Assembly: GCA_963788195.1 (NCBI GenBank)
Contig: CAWBGA010000002.1
Span: forward strand, 170,543 to 234,542
DNA length: 64,000 nt
Reading direction: 5' to 3'
Source of the DNA: Nitrospirota bacterium
GTDB taxonomy: Bacteria; Nitrospirota; Nitrospiria; Nitrospirales; NS-4
Below the pieces are notes generated by a model, which had not been told where the DNA came from, searched no databases, and saw nothing but the letters and a program-made list of their open reading frames with translations. This document shows positions 33,967 through 45,506 of this stretch, one piece after another (within the stretch, counting starts at the first letter, position 1; each line of letters opens with the position of its first letter). Position numbers and translations under genes: made by a program.

Positions 33967-34316
33967 GAGTGACCCCCGCAAATGTGGATGGGTCCAGCAT
34001 GATACTAAGGGCGCGGGCGTGAATCAATCCAAGGTCAGTCACCTTCATGACACCGGAAAGATGACCCACCCCCTGATCCCTCTTTCACATAAGCAAAGGA
34101 CTTGGAAATAAGCGGGTGGCGTCCAGTGGCGTTCGCTTAACGCGGGTGGCGCCGGGAGGGGGCCCACTTTTGCACCCGCCCACCCCGGCCGTCGCCAAGA
34201 CGCGTCCTTTTCCGCGACTGCGCCTAGAGGCCAGTCTTCGCAGCGCGAAGCCGGCGGGGGAAACCGGCGGCAGCGACCCGGCGAAGCGCTGACCAACAGG
34301 ACCCGCGATTGTACTA

Positions 34317-34610
34317 TTATCCGAGCTCTCCTATTATCTTGCGGTACTCGGTCTCCGGATAGGCCCGTAGAGTGGTCGTGCGGACATTTCCGAGGGAGCC
34401 GATCTTTAGCAGGAACTTGGCCAGCGCGTCATCGTTTGGCATTTCCAGGATGAGCACAGCGTCATAGCTCCCCTGGAGCATGTAGAACGACTTTACCTCT
34501 CCGCCGATGTCTTTGACCGCCTTCTTTGCGGCGTCCACGCGCTTGGGAGAGTCTTTGATGTTCTTGATCCCCTGATCCGTCCAGTTGAGGAGCATGAAGT
34601 AGGTGGACAT
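34317..34610 (-). CDS. GYD domain protein
   Basis: WTDQGIKNIKDSPKR, GSYD, GNVRTTTLRAY. Confidence 0.92.
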   Translation of the reverse strand: MSTYFMLLNWTDQGIKNIKDSPKRVDAAKKAVKDIGGEVKSFYMLQGSYDAVLILEMPNDDALAKFLLKIGSLGNVRTTTLRAYPETEYRKIIGELG

Positions 34611-34634
34611 GGCGTACCTCCTGGTGTAATGCCG

Positions 34635-35207
34635 CTAGGCGCGAAGAGTGCGGAAGGTGACGGAGTAGCGGAGGCTTTTCACCGGAGGAATGCTGTGCTG
34701 CCACCTGCTGCGCGCGGCGCCGCTTAACACATACGCGGACCGTGGCTCGAGCGCAAGTGCGTAGGTTTCGCGGTTCGCGCCTTTGCCTCGCTGAAACCGC
34801 ATCCGGCAGGGGGCCAACAGCGAGACCCCGGCTACATCAGGACCGAACATCGGCGCGTCCCGGTGCCAGCCGATGACGGCGCCTGGGGGGTATTGGGTGA
34901 CCAGGACCTCCGCGATGGCGGCCGGTTCAGTTTTCAGCAACTCGGCCACGCGCGCCTGGAGAGGGATTAGAAACTCGGGGACAGGTGGGCCGGGCTCGAC
35001 CCGCCAGGTTTCATAGCCGTAGACCAAGCCGAAATGGGCGACGCGGCGCTTCGCCGCGATGCCGTGCATCCGGACCTCAGAGAATTCCAGCCCCTCGATC
35101 GCCTCGATGAGCCTGCATTCCTCGTCTCGGGTGATAAAGTCGGGATGGTACTGAATACCCTCAGGGGCAGTGACGATGCTGAGTCTCAAAGGACTGGAAT
35201 TCACCAT
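34635..35207 (-). CDS. AlkB-like 2OG-Fe(II) dioxygenase
   Basis: IGWHRD, WQHSIP, RYSVTFR. Confidence 0.9.
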   Translation of the reverse strand: MVNSSPLRLSIVTAPEGIQYHPDFITRDEECRLIEAIEGLEFSEVRMHGIAAKRRVAHFGLVYGYETWRVEPGPPVPEFLIPLQARVAELLKTEPAAIAEVLVTQYPPGAVIGWHRDAPMFGPDVAGVSLLAPCRMRFQRGKGANRETYALALEPRSAYVLSGAARSRWQHSIPPVKSLRYSVTFRTLRA

Positions 35208-35212
35208 GGATG

Positions 35213-36053
35213 TTACCTTACTTTCGAACCTGCCTGCCCCATCATCTCGCTTAAGTCCTTGCGCGCGAAGCCCGCTGGTGGTCGAAACTCCGACGCCGGC
35301 AGCGACCGAGCCTCAGCCTTGGTCACCTCCACTGAGCTGCCGCTGCCGCTTCGGTCCACGGTTTTCACGGCATATCCTTCATTCGCAAGTTTCCATGCGT
35401 TATCCTTCCCGAAGCCATGACGACTTTGACTGGCTCCACAGCCGGGCATCGCCGCCGTCAGCTCTGTCATAAGACGCTCCAGCTTTTTCGCGTCCAGCTC
35501 TTTCCACGCGGTGATGCTCTTGGCGATCCACAGCTCCGACTCCGGTTTCCCATCGGCCAGCACTTCATAGTTGATGGATGGATGGCCCGCAAGCGTAGCT
35601 TGCTGCCCGGTTTTCCGCATTTCGATCCGCGGCTCAGCGCAGGCTTCGGATTTCGGGTTGGCTTCCGGCATTCGCGAGCGCATCATCTTCTCCATCATCT
35701 CGACGCTGTTCCGGCGGTAGATCCTTTAATGCTTTATCCATGGCGCTTGTCGCGTTTTTCATGGCGCCCTGGATCATCTGTGCGTATTCCTGCACCTTGG
35801 CGGTTGAGTACGACCGGTCCCGATAATTAACTTGGGTGACCGTCTCATTATTCAGGTCCAGGACGAAGGCCATTTCGGGCTTGCCTTCCGGATTCAGCAT
35901 AAGGGTCTTCATCTGGTTCGCCTGCATGGCTATCTGCTGTTTGCTTTCATTGCTTTGGCTCTTGACAGATTGATCGATGATCCATCCCGCCGATGCCTGG
36001 CTGGTCCATGCAATGCCGACGAGAATGCTCCACAGTACTCGATGTCGAATCAT
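35213..36053 (-). CDS. Exported DUF4412-like protein (frameshift ~35700)
   Basis: Signal peptide, KTGQQATLAG, ELWIA, F.PPAGF C-terminus. Confidence 0.7.
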
Positions 36054-36249
36054 ATGGAATCTCCTGACTTCAGCTTGTTGCGGTTAGGGGTAAAGGAATC
36101 TGTCCTGGCAGATTCCAGGGTTGGGCGGGTGCAATGGGCAAAAGGAATGTCGGTGCACATGCCGAATTCTGAGCATAGCCGATCAGCAATCCCGACGGCA
36201 ATCAGTCATGGCGGGGGCCCGATTCTTTCTGTTATGAAACAGTGAGTAT

Positions 36250-36447
36250 CTACTCTTCAATTTCCAATCTGAGCATTTTCCAGGTGCCGAGTGTTATGTT
36301 CGGGGGATCGCCCTCAATCCACTCTTCCTCATTTTGAGCGAACCGACGGTGCCAGCGACTTGACCCTTCTCTTTTTATCTCCCAGATCTGTCCGTTTGGA
36401 TCCCGCAAACGTACTGTCATTTCGTAATCTCCTTCGGTCTGGATCAT
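36250..36447 (-). CDS. Small hypothetical protein
   Basis: 65 aa ORF with GGGAG RBS. Confidence 0.5.
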   Translation of the reverse strand: MIQTEGDYEMTVRLRDPNGQIWEIKREGSSRWHRRFAQNEEEWIEGDPPNITLGTWKMLRLEIEE

Positions 36448-36463
36448 CGCGATAGGTGCTCCC

Positions 36464-36589
36464 TTATATTCTTTTTAAAATAAGCCTCCGTCCTCAGTTC
36501 ACACACCTCCACATGTGCTCGGTCAGATAAAAGTCGACAAACACCTCTCTCACCATTAAGCCGTTACATTTTTTACACGTCATGATCAT
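36464..36589 (-). CDS. Small zinc-ribbon protein with an in-frame TGA at the fourth Cys position
   Basis: GGGAGGG RBS; MIMTCKKCNGLMVREVFVDFYLTEHMWRCVN*GRRLILKRI-TAA. Confidence 0.55.
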
Positions 36590-36993
36590 CCCTCCCGCAT
36601 CGGACAATCTCCCGCGCCAAACTCCCCCAGGTTATCGACGCAGTATCGCGTGCGCATCAAATCGTCGTTACGACCTTGTTAATCCTGTATTAGAAGGTGC
36701 GCATGACAGCTCATAAGCACAGAACCATAAAAAGTAACGGCGGCTTAACAGAAGTTCCTTCGTAAGAAACGTCTGGTACCCATGGTCTGGTCGTCATGTC
36801 AGTCAAAGGGTGATCTAACGGAACAACAGGGAGGAGGGTATGATGAGGTTACATACCAGACGATGTATGACCGCCACGACCGCTTGTGTGTGCGCATTGT
36901 CGGGTACGCTTTTTAGTCAAGCAGGCAAGTGCGACATAGGCGCATTTTGCGGCGAAGGCGGAGCCTTGGTAATCTGGCCGAATATTATTTATC

Positions 36994-37242
36994 TTATTGA
37001 CTTGCTGGCGGGGTTGGCTCGTCGACAGGGATGCGGCCTATTTGCTTTTCCATGGCGTCGTTCACCTTATTTCTCACGCCGTCGATTACGGTTTTGGGCT
37101 GAGAGTGGGTGATGTCTGGCTGAACCGCATGCTCCTTGACCCAAAATTCGTAGATCGCGAAACCAACGGCTACTACCACGATCACGAATCCCAAGAGAAC
37201 ATCGATCCGGCCGCGTTCATTTCGCATAAATCTTCTCATCAA
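36994..37242 (-). CDS. Small membrane protein with pilin-like N-terminus
   Basis: RRFMRNERG followed by a hydrophobic helix. Confidence 0.6.
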   Translation of the reverse strand: MMRRFMRNERGRIDVLLGFVIVVVAVGFAIYEFWVKEHAVQPDITHSQPKTVIDGVRNKVNDAMEKQIGRIPVDEPTPPASQ

Positions 37243-37516
37243 GATAATCCTTTGTTAAATCCCTTTTCCCCTCTGCACCCGCCCACCAAGCCGAGCTTGC
37301 TCGACATTGCACCCGGCCCACCCTCGAGCTCGCCAAGACGAGCTCATCCTCCCGTGGTGGCCTGATGATCATGTAAGGCCGCCGGGATAGTCTCTTCGCA
37401 TTGATTGGAACACTTCATTGCCTCCGCCCTGAAATCCTATTTCACCCACCCACCCCGGCGCTGCCAAGACAGCGCCTTGACCCGTGAGACAGATTCCTTT
37501 TCCCCTCAGGCAATGC

Positions 37517-39074
37517 TCAGGTCTTGCCGGCGCGAATCTTTTCGTTCAGAGTGTCGATCCACCGGCGCTGGAATTCCTCATAGGGGAAAAACAGCCGATC
37601 CTGCATTGCGGCGGCAATCGATTGGCCGTTGGCCAACGCGCCGATCAGTTCGCGAACTTTCTGCAAGCCGAAGCGCTCGACAAGATAGACCGTAGCGGAA
37701 TTTCCTTCCAGGTAAGCCACCATTGCAAGCTTGGGCGGCAAAGCGCCCCAGGGACCTTCGAGATAGCTCAAGGGGATTAACTGAACCTCTCCCCGTATCA
37801 ATTCAGGAATATCAGCCAAGGGGTCTCCGGCAAATTGCATCGCGAGGCCTTCATTGAGCCACGTGGGAATCGCGCCAACTCTGCCCCCTACCTTGTCGTG
37901 CAGCAGCGCATGGACGAATTCATGGCGCAGCACCCGCGTTAACCAGACTTGATCAGTCAACGCGCCGTTAGTTGGGATTTTAATGCGTCCTAGGAGCGGA
38001 TCGAACAGGCCGTCGGACCACGCGGGTCCCCCCGTTGAGTTATGAAAAGATTCCTTGGTCAGCAGAACGACCGTAATCGGCTTCGATGGGTAGTGTCCCA
38101 ACTCGCGGCCGATCTCCTGGTACGCCTCCTCAAGTATCTCGAGTACCCGGTTCCAGATCTCATAGTCGTCGCCCCCTTCGAACTTTACTTGAAAGTGAGA
38201 ACTCTGGCGGTTGAGAAGCGGTTGCTCGGCTTTCGACGCTGCTTTGAGTCTGCTTGAGAGGGACTTCACCGCGGATTGGACGTCGGGATATCGGCTCACC
38301 AATGCCGCAGCATAATCCAGATGCGTGGTAGCGCCGTCAAAATCGTCCTTTTTGTAATGGATCTCGGCGAGGGCTAAGTGCAGCCATGGATCGTCGGTGA
38401 CAACCACGAGCGCCTTCTCCAAGAAGTCTCGGGTCAGGCCGGGATCTTTGAGTTCGATGTAGAGCCGTCCAAGGTTTCGGTAGGCCTCGGGCTGCGTGGA
38501 GTCAATCGAGAGAGCAGTCTTAAACGCCGCCATCCCTGAACCGGCGCCTTTCGCCCTCTGTTGGACGCCAAGGTTGTTCCAAAGAACTCCCGCAAACTGC
38601 TGGATGCGCCGCTCACTGAAGGCCTCCGTGGGCAGCGTCTTTAACTTCGTCTCGGCTTCATTCTCTTTGCCCTCTTCAAGATTGATACGGACGGCGTCCA
38701 GGGTACTGGCATACACGGACGCGGGAACTATCCCTGCCGAGGCAATCCTAATTTCACTATCTTTTGGAGCTAGAGAATTCTTCAGCAACAGCGCCGCGCT
38801 CAACGAGTCCGACGAGAGAGGCTGATTTTCGGGGGCTGAGCGCCTCGGGATCGGGGAGCGCCGCGTCATGGTGCGTGATCTTCCACCCAATGGGGATGGC
38901 GACGGCCATGATCAGGGCTAGAAACACGCTGACTACACGGAGATTTCGTCGTCGCCGATTTCGCTTTTCGGCCGACTTGGGGTCTTCCGTGTTCCCCTTC
39001 CAAAGACCTAACTCATCGGGAGGAAGAATCTCAATGCTTCTTCCCGAGCCTTCTGAGCTGCGTTTGCGCGTCAT
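37517..39074 (-). CDS. TPR-containing peptidase MA-like zinc metalloprotease (frameshift ~38885)
   Basis: TM anchor, TPR-like helices, HEFVH, PTWLNEGLA. Confidence 0.85.
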
Positions 39075-39084
39075 GGTGAGGTGC

Positions 39085-39372
39085 CTAGCGCATGTCCAGG
39101 CGCGGACCGGCCTTGATCGCGATTTTCACCCACTTCTTTTCAGGCGGGTAGCCGATCACTTCACGGCCATTGACGACCACCAACGGGACGCGAGCGCCGT
39201 AGCGCTCTATCAGTTTCGCATCGGTCTGGATGTCAATCACGGTCAGATTGAACGGAAGGGTTTGTTGGACTTCATCGAGGTACGCCTTGGCCTCGTCACA
39301 GAGCGGACAGTCCGGTTTTGTATACAATGTGACATCGGGGATCGGAGACTTGCGCTTCCAGACACCGAACAT
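39085..39372 (-). CDS. Glutaredoxin-like protein (DUF836)
   Basis: LYTKPDCPLCDEA, YG.RVP. Confidence 0.88.
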   Translation of the reverse strand: MFGVWKRKSPIPDVTLYTKPDCPLCDEAKAYLDEVQQTLPFNLTVIDIQTDAKLIERYGARVPLVVVNGREVIGYPPEKKWVKIAIKAGPRLDMR

Positions 39373-39579
39373 GCCGGCGATTGTAACAAATTAGTGTGCG
39401 TCCAGGTCAATAAATGCATGATTTCACCTACATATTAACCTTATTATGGCTCGGAGTCGAGAAAAGCTTACAATCTCAACGGATTTTATGATTTTTTCTT
39501 GCGGGCGGTTTAGAATGAGGTAATGGGTAAGACCCAATTTGAGAGGGATTCGCGGAGATAGGTAACCAGCAGGATCTGT

Positions 39580-40029
39580 ATGGAAGATAACTTGTCCCAG
39601 ACTAACGTAGTGGACCCCGACTGGGCGGCCGTTTGCGCGCGCCTGCGCAACAGTCTGCCTTCCTTCTACGAACTCGAACCTGGAGGGGCTTTAATGATGG
39701 ATCTCGGCGAAGAGGGCTGGCTGTTGGAGCTCACGCCTGATCGCCGACTGCTCTGCCAGATGGGCATGGACTTGGAAGATATCAAGAGCCTCATGTCCGA
39801 TGGGACGCCTGAAGATCTTGGAACGGATGAGGTCGCAAAGCAGGTGAAGTACTATATCCAGCCGGCCGTGTCAAAGTTTCGGCAACGACTGCGCGACGCC
39901 GGTTTCGAAGAGACTACGGAGATGAACGACGATTATGTCGCGGCCATATTTCACAAAGACGTGGACTTTGCAAAACCAGATGAGATTGAACACGCCATCC
40001 AGTGGTGTCGAAAGCAATTTGGGGCGTAA
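39580..40029 (+). CDS. Hypothetical protein
   Basis: Clean 149-aa ORF with RBS. Confidence 0.65.
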   Translation: MEDNLSQTNVVDPDWAAVCARLRNSLPSFYELEPGGALMMDLGEEGWLLELTPDRRLLCQMGMDLEDIKSLMSDGTPEDLGTDEVAKQVKYYIQPAVSKFRQRLRDAGFEETTEMNDDYVAAIFHKDVDFAKPDEIEHAIQWCRKQFGA

Positions 40030-40045
40030 CTTGGGGTCTGACAAA

Positions 40046-41073
<1,028 letters not shown>

Positions 41074-41122
41074 GATGACAAGCAAAGGATTCAGGATGAC
41101 AGGCGAAGTGTTCAGAATGACA
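41074..41122. repeat. Three tandem family-A repeat ends (..AGGATGACA, TCAGGATGACA, TCAGAATGACA)
   Basis: Direct match to the ends of the 12756 and 49182 palindromes. Confidence 0.8.
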
Positions 41123-41147
41123 AAAGCTTCGCGGGGGACCCGCGGTC

Positions 41148-42023
41148 CTAGCTTGCGGAATCATCCTTCGTCTTGTATTTCTCGGCGAGCTTGTAGTAGC
41201 CTTCCAGATCGATAATTTCGTGAAATTGCTGGAAGGGCAGCAGGCGGTCCAAGGCATCTCGCGTCGTCCCGTGACTCTTGATCAGATTGAACATGTCCTG
41301 CATGGCTTTCGCTGAGGCGTAGAGCGCCGTGAGCGGGCAGACGATGAGCTGAAATCCGATCTGTTCCAGCTCATCTTTCGTCAACAAGGGCGTGACGCCG
41401 CCCTCCAGCATGTTGGCGACCAATGGGCCGGATAGTTCCTTTGCAATCCTTACCAACTCCTCTTTGCTTCGAGGCGCCTCGATAAACAGAGCGTCCGCGC
41501 CTGCTTCTTTATATCCCTGGCAACGCTCGATCGCGTCCTCAAGGTTGACTACCTGGCGCGCATCGGTGCGGGCCACAATGAAGAAGTCGCGCTTGCCGCG
41601 AGCATCCACCGCCGCCCGTATCTTCTGTATATGCTCCTCAGGCGGAATCACGCGCTTGCCCTTCATGTGTCCGCATCGTTTAGGCCAGACCTGGTCTTCC
41701 AAAAACATCCCGGCGGCGCCGGCCTCGATCAATTCGTTCACCGTGCGGATGACATTGAGCGCATTGCCGTAGCCCGTATCGGCATCAATGATGATGGGAA
41801 TCTTGACCGAGGCGCAGACTCGACGCGCGGTGCTGATCATCTCGGTCTGGGTCAGATATCCGAAGTCCGGCAACCCGAGATGCGTCGCGGCCACGCTGTA
41901 TCCGGAAATAAAACTGAGGGGGAAACCGGCTCGCTCGACAAGCTTGGCGCTCAGCGCATCGTACACGCCGGGGAAAATCAGGGTGCCATGCTTTTTTAAC
42001 AGCGCCGAGACGCGAGATTCCAT
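41148..42023 (-). CDS. Isocitrate lyase/PEP mutase family (2-methylisocitrate lyase-like)
   Basis: DADTGYGN, LEDQVWPKRCGH, VARTDA. Confidence 0.9.
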   Translation of the reverse strand: MESRVSALLKKHGTLIFPGVYDALSAKLVERAGFPLSFISGYSVAATHLGLPDFGYLTQTEMISTARRVCASVKIPIIIDADTGYGNALNVIRTVNELIEAGAAGMFLEDQVWPKRCGHMKGKRVIPPEEHIQKIRAAVDARGKRDFFIVARTDARQVVNLEDAIERCQGYKEAGADALFIEAPRSKEELVRIAKELSGPLVANMLEGGVTPLLTKDELEQIGFQLIVCPLTALYASAKAMQDMFNLIKSHGTTRDALDRLLPFQQFHEIIDLEGYYKLAEKYKTKDDSAS

Positions 42024-42187
42024 GATGTGCCTCCGCGATCAATACAGGTTTCGCGAGCCGTGGCAATTTTAGTGGTCGTCCCCGAATCGGTCAACAGCTA
42101 TACTTTCTTGCGGTGTTCTTTACAGCAGAATTGCGCTAGAACTGCAGAGATCTGAAATTTCGTCTCACAAGCCTGGAGGATCTACTA

Positions 42188-42668
42188 ATGAAACAGACCA
42201 AAATACTGCTTGCCGTGTTGTCTATTATGGTGGTCAGTATGATCGGGTGCAGCGGCTATCACCAAGGCAGGCCGGGGACTTCTGGAGAGCCTGCTTCGCA
42301 GGAGGTTGTTTCGCAGGTTAAACGGCTGGTTGAGGAGAATGTGAAGGATCCGGACAAGGCCAGTCAGGTCCAAGGGTTGATCCAGGACATTGTCAAAGAG
42401 GTCAAAAGATCAGGCGCAAGAGACACGCGGGTTTCACGAGCAATTGGCTGTTTTGAACGCCAACTATGACGCGCCGCCGGAGCAATTCACAAAGATCCTG
42501 GATGAATTGAACAACACCAGGATGGAGAGCGCGGCAAAAATCCTCAAAACAAGATTCAAGGTCAAGGAGATTCTCACTCGCGAAGAATGGAAGAATCTGA
42601 ACGAGGCCATGCTGAAAGCACGGCAAACGCATGAACAACGACCCCCGTCGACGTCCGACAGGTATTGA
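42188..42668 (+). CDS. Helical lipoprotein (frameshift ~42410)
   Basis: SMIGC lipobox; two adjoining ORF halves. Confidence 0.65.
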
Positions 42669-42685
42669 CGGGCTTCAGTAATCTC

Positions 42686-43149
42686 CTACTCGGGATGTGA
42701 GAAGAGTTGTCCAAGGAATTCTCTTTGCCTGCTTGTAAATGCCGGGGCATTTCGATTCCCGGGGTCCCGCAACGTTTAGAATGCGCACGTTATGTTCCTG
42801 GACCCAAGACAGTACAGCCGCGGTGGTTGCCTCATCCTTGGAGAGATCCAGAACGAGGCAAGGCTTACCAAGACCGCCGCGCAGTCGTAATTGTGTATGC
42901 GGTGCCTTCGGAAGCGCGGCCGCGCGTTAAGACGAGCGTTCCGTCGGAGTCACGAACATTCCATTCGGTCCGCTGCGCATACTCGCCGGTCGGTGTTTCT
43001 TTCAGCGGGTAGTAGTCCGCAAGTCGACCGTCTTCTGCCTTCCTGCCTTGGGGGCACCATCCCGAGGACGCGATCCCAAGTTCACGGGCGACATCCAACG
43101 CGGCGCGATCGACTCCCGTCTGCCCACCGGAAACTAGTTTTATAACCAG
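42686..43149 (-). CDS. Putative molybdenum carrier/SLOG family protein (frameshifted)
   Basis: [48 protein letters not shown]. Confidence 0.85.
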
Positions 43150-43166
43150 TTTTTCTCCAAAGGAAG

Positions 43167-43788
43167 TTAGAAGGGTTTCTGGGCCACCCCTTGATACATG
43201 TAGCCGGCCATCTTCAGCGCACCTTCGAGATAGAAGTTCTTGAGACTTTTGATGACGAATGGGTGCGCCTCGAGGGGAGTTCGTATGTTCCGGTTAAGGT
43301 GGCACCCATCGCCAAGGATTTTTGAGACTGGTGTGAACCGGTCTTGCCAGATGCGTACCTTCGGGTCGGGGCTTTGTCCGTGTTCAAAGAAAAGAAACCG
43401 GCCGCCTGGCCTGAGGACGCGATAGACCTCTCCAGTCGCGCGCGCGGCGTCCGGAACACTACACAAGGTCAGGGTGCTTACCACCGTATCGAATGCATGG
43501 TCCGGGCAGCGCCAGCGCCTCCGCACTTAATACCCTCATGTCCACGCACACCGGAGAAGCCTGGATGCGCTGTCGCGCGTGAGCGGTCATGCCGGGATTG
43601 GGATCCGCGGTTGTGAGTTTCCTGACGGCGCTGGGATAAAATGGAAGATTCACCCCTGTCCCAAAGCCGATTTCCAATACGTCGCCGGTTGCTTCCGATA
43701 AGACCTCTTGCCGAATCCGATTCAATACCTCGCGGTCCATGGCCCAATCCATGAGCCATGGAAAGATCCTCCTGGAGTAGAAGGACAT
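43167..43788 (-). CDS. Class I SAM-dependent methyltransferase (frameshift ~43520)
   Basis: [32 protein letters not shown]. Confidence 0.9.
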
Positions 43789-43904
43789 TCACTCATTGCA
43801 CCCACCCTGCCCCGCGGCATGCCGGGACAGCCGTTCCTGCCCATGGGACAGGCTTTTGTCCCGTGGGACGAAACTCCTTTGCCCCTATTGCGCACGAAGA
43901 ACGT

Positions 43905-45386
43905 CTAGCTCTTGTTGAGTCGCTCTTCGAAGGATGCGAGATTTTTGCGAAGCTCAGGAACGCGGGGATCGCCCTTGAGCGATTCGAGGTTGGTCATGAC
44001 GACCATGATTGCTGCGCGGCCGGCGGCTTGTGCCAGTGAAGCGCCCACCCTCAGGTCCGCGGCAAGGTGGTCCGACGCCAATGGAATCAACTGCCGCAAG
44101 GTTTCCATTCCCTGCACCGACCACTCGAGGATAGCCAACGGCACTGCTGTGGCGATCGCCATGGCCTGCTGCATCGCGCTAGCGCGGTCCGGATCGAGTT
44201 TGGATCGCTTGGAAGCCGCGAGCACACCCGCATAGGCCTGTGCGTCTTCCCGCACCGCGGCCTGTAGTTTATCCCGCAACCGAGCCAAAGCTTTTTGGGC
44301 CGGCTGAACGTGGTGTTTATTCGTCGTCGCCTGGTCATCGTGAAGCAAAACCTCTGATACCATCACTCCCAAGGACACAGCGCAAGCCGCGGTCATTGCG
44401 GCGACGCTTGCTCCACCCGGTCCGGGCATGGGTGTGGAGACAGCCTCCAAAAAGGGGCTGACCATCGCGGCCAGATCCTGCGTCATGGCTTGGATCATCC
44501 GGGCTTCGAGTACCTGATCGGTCTGAAATTTCTCCAGCTTCAGGAAATGCCCGGCAACTTGCGCAACTGCGTTCTCTGGAATCAGCCCGATCACTTCGCT
44601 GCTATGGACCTCGATCCCCCGTTTGAGCGCTTCGGACTCGACGGCTTCAAAGGCGACATACACGGGCGTTTCTTCGTAGTTCGTCAAATTCATGGAGACT
44701 TGCACCATGCTGCGGCTCTTGAGCGCGATGCCGACGGCTTTGACGGCGGGGAGGCCGCCGTTGGATTCCCTCACGGTTTGGGCGATAACTTTCGCGATGT
44801 TTAGGTCCTGGCTGGCCAAGTTCACGTTGTAAGCGATGAGCGGACTTCGCGCTCCCACGATTGTCACGCCGGCGGTCCGGTGCAGTTTCGCGTCTCCGAA
44901 ATCCGGCGCCCACTTCGGATCGAGCCGCATACGCTCTGCCAGGCCCTCCAGGCCTTCCCGCCGTATATCTTCAATGCGCCTGCGAAATGGCGCCGGGGCG
45001 GCCTGCTCATACAGGAACACGGGGATCCGCAGTTCGTCGGCTAACTGCCGGCCGACGTGCCTGGCGATCTGGACGCACGTATCCATCGTGACGCCACGAA
45101 TCGGGACAATGGGGATCACATCGGTGGCGCCCACGCGGGGGTGTTCTCCCCGATGAGTAGTCAGATCGATGCGTAAAAGCGCTTCTCGGGCGGCGAGCAA
45201 GGCTGCCTCGGCTACGGCATCCGGTGTGCCGACAAATGTGATGACCGTGCGGTTGTGGTCGGCATCGCTTTGCCGATCAAGCAAGACCACGCCGGAAACG
45301 GAGCGGATGGCGCTCAGCAGTGCTTCAATGGTTTCGGCGTTGCGACCTTCACTAAAGTTGGGAACACATTCAACGAGACGGTTCAT
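43905..45386 (-). CDS. ftcD: Glutamate formimidoyltransferase/cyclodeaminase (FTCD)
   Basis: VECVPNFSEGR, DADHNRTV, HRGEHPRVGATD, QVSMNL; C-terminal cyclodeaminase-like PGGASVAA. Confidence 0.9.
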   Translation of the reverse strand: MNRLVECVPNFSEGRNAETIEALLSAIRSVSGVVLLDRQSDADHNRTVITFVGTPDAVAEAALLAAREALLRIDLTTHRGEHPRVGATDVIPIVPIRGVTMDTCVQIARHVGRQLADELRIPVFLYEQAAPAPFRRRIEDIRREGLEGLAERMRLDPKWAPDFGDAKLHRTAGVTIVGARSPLIAYNVNLASQDLNIAKVIAQTVRESNGGLPAVKAVGIALKSRSMVQVSMNLTNYEETPVYVAFEAVESEALKRGIEVHSSEVIGLIPENAVAQVAGHFLKLEKFQTDQVLEARMIQAMTQDLAAMVSPFLEAVSTPMPGPGGASVAAMTAACAVSLGVMVSEVLLHDDQATTNKHHVQPAQKALARLRDKLQAAVREDAQAYAGVLAASKRSKLDPDRASAMQQAMAIATAVPLAILEWSVQGMETLRQLIPLASDHLAADLRVGASLAQAAGRAAIMVVMTNLESLKGDPRVPELRKNLASFEERLNKS

Positions 45387-45506
45387 CGGTCCTCCTAAAA
45401 GCAATGACCCTAGCGAGTCGGCTCAACATCTGTCAAGCATCCCTACCTTCTCCAAGATACTTCCAGTATGCTACCCTGCTGCCGGACATTTGCCTCGAGG
45501 ACATCG

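Noticed and set aside
43905-45404. FTCD without neighbouring hut genes as a novel pathway
   Set aside because: Stand-alone formiminotransferase homologues are common, and hut genes may lie outside the window.
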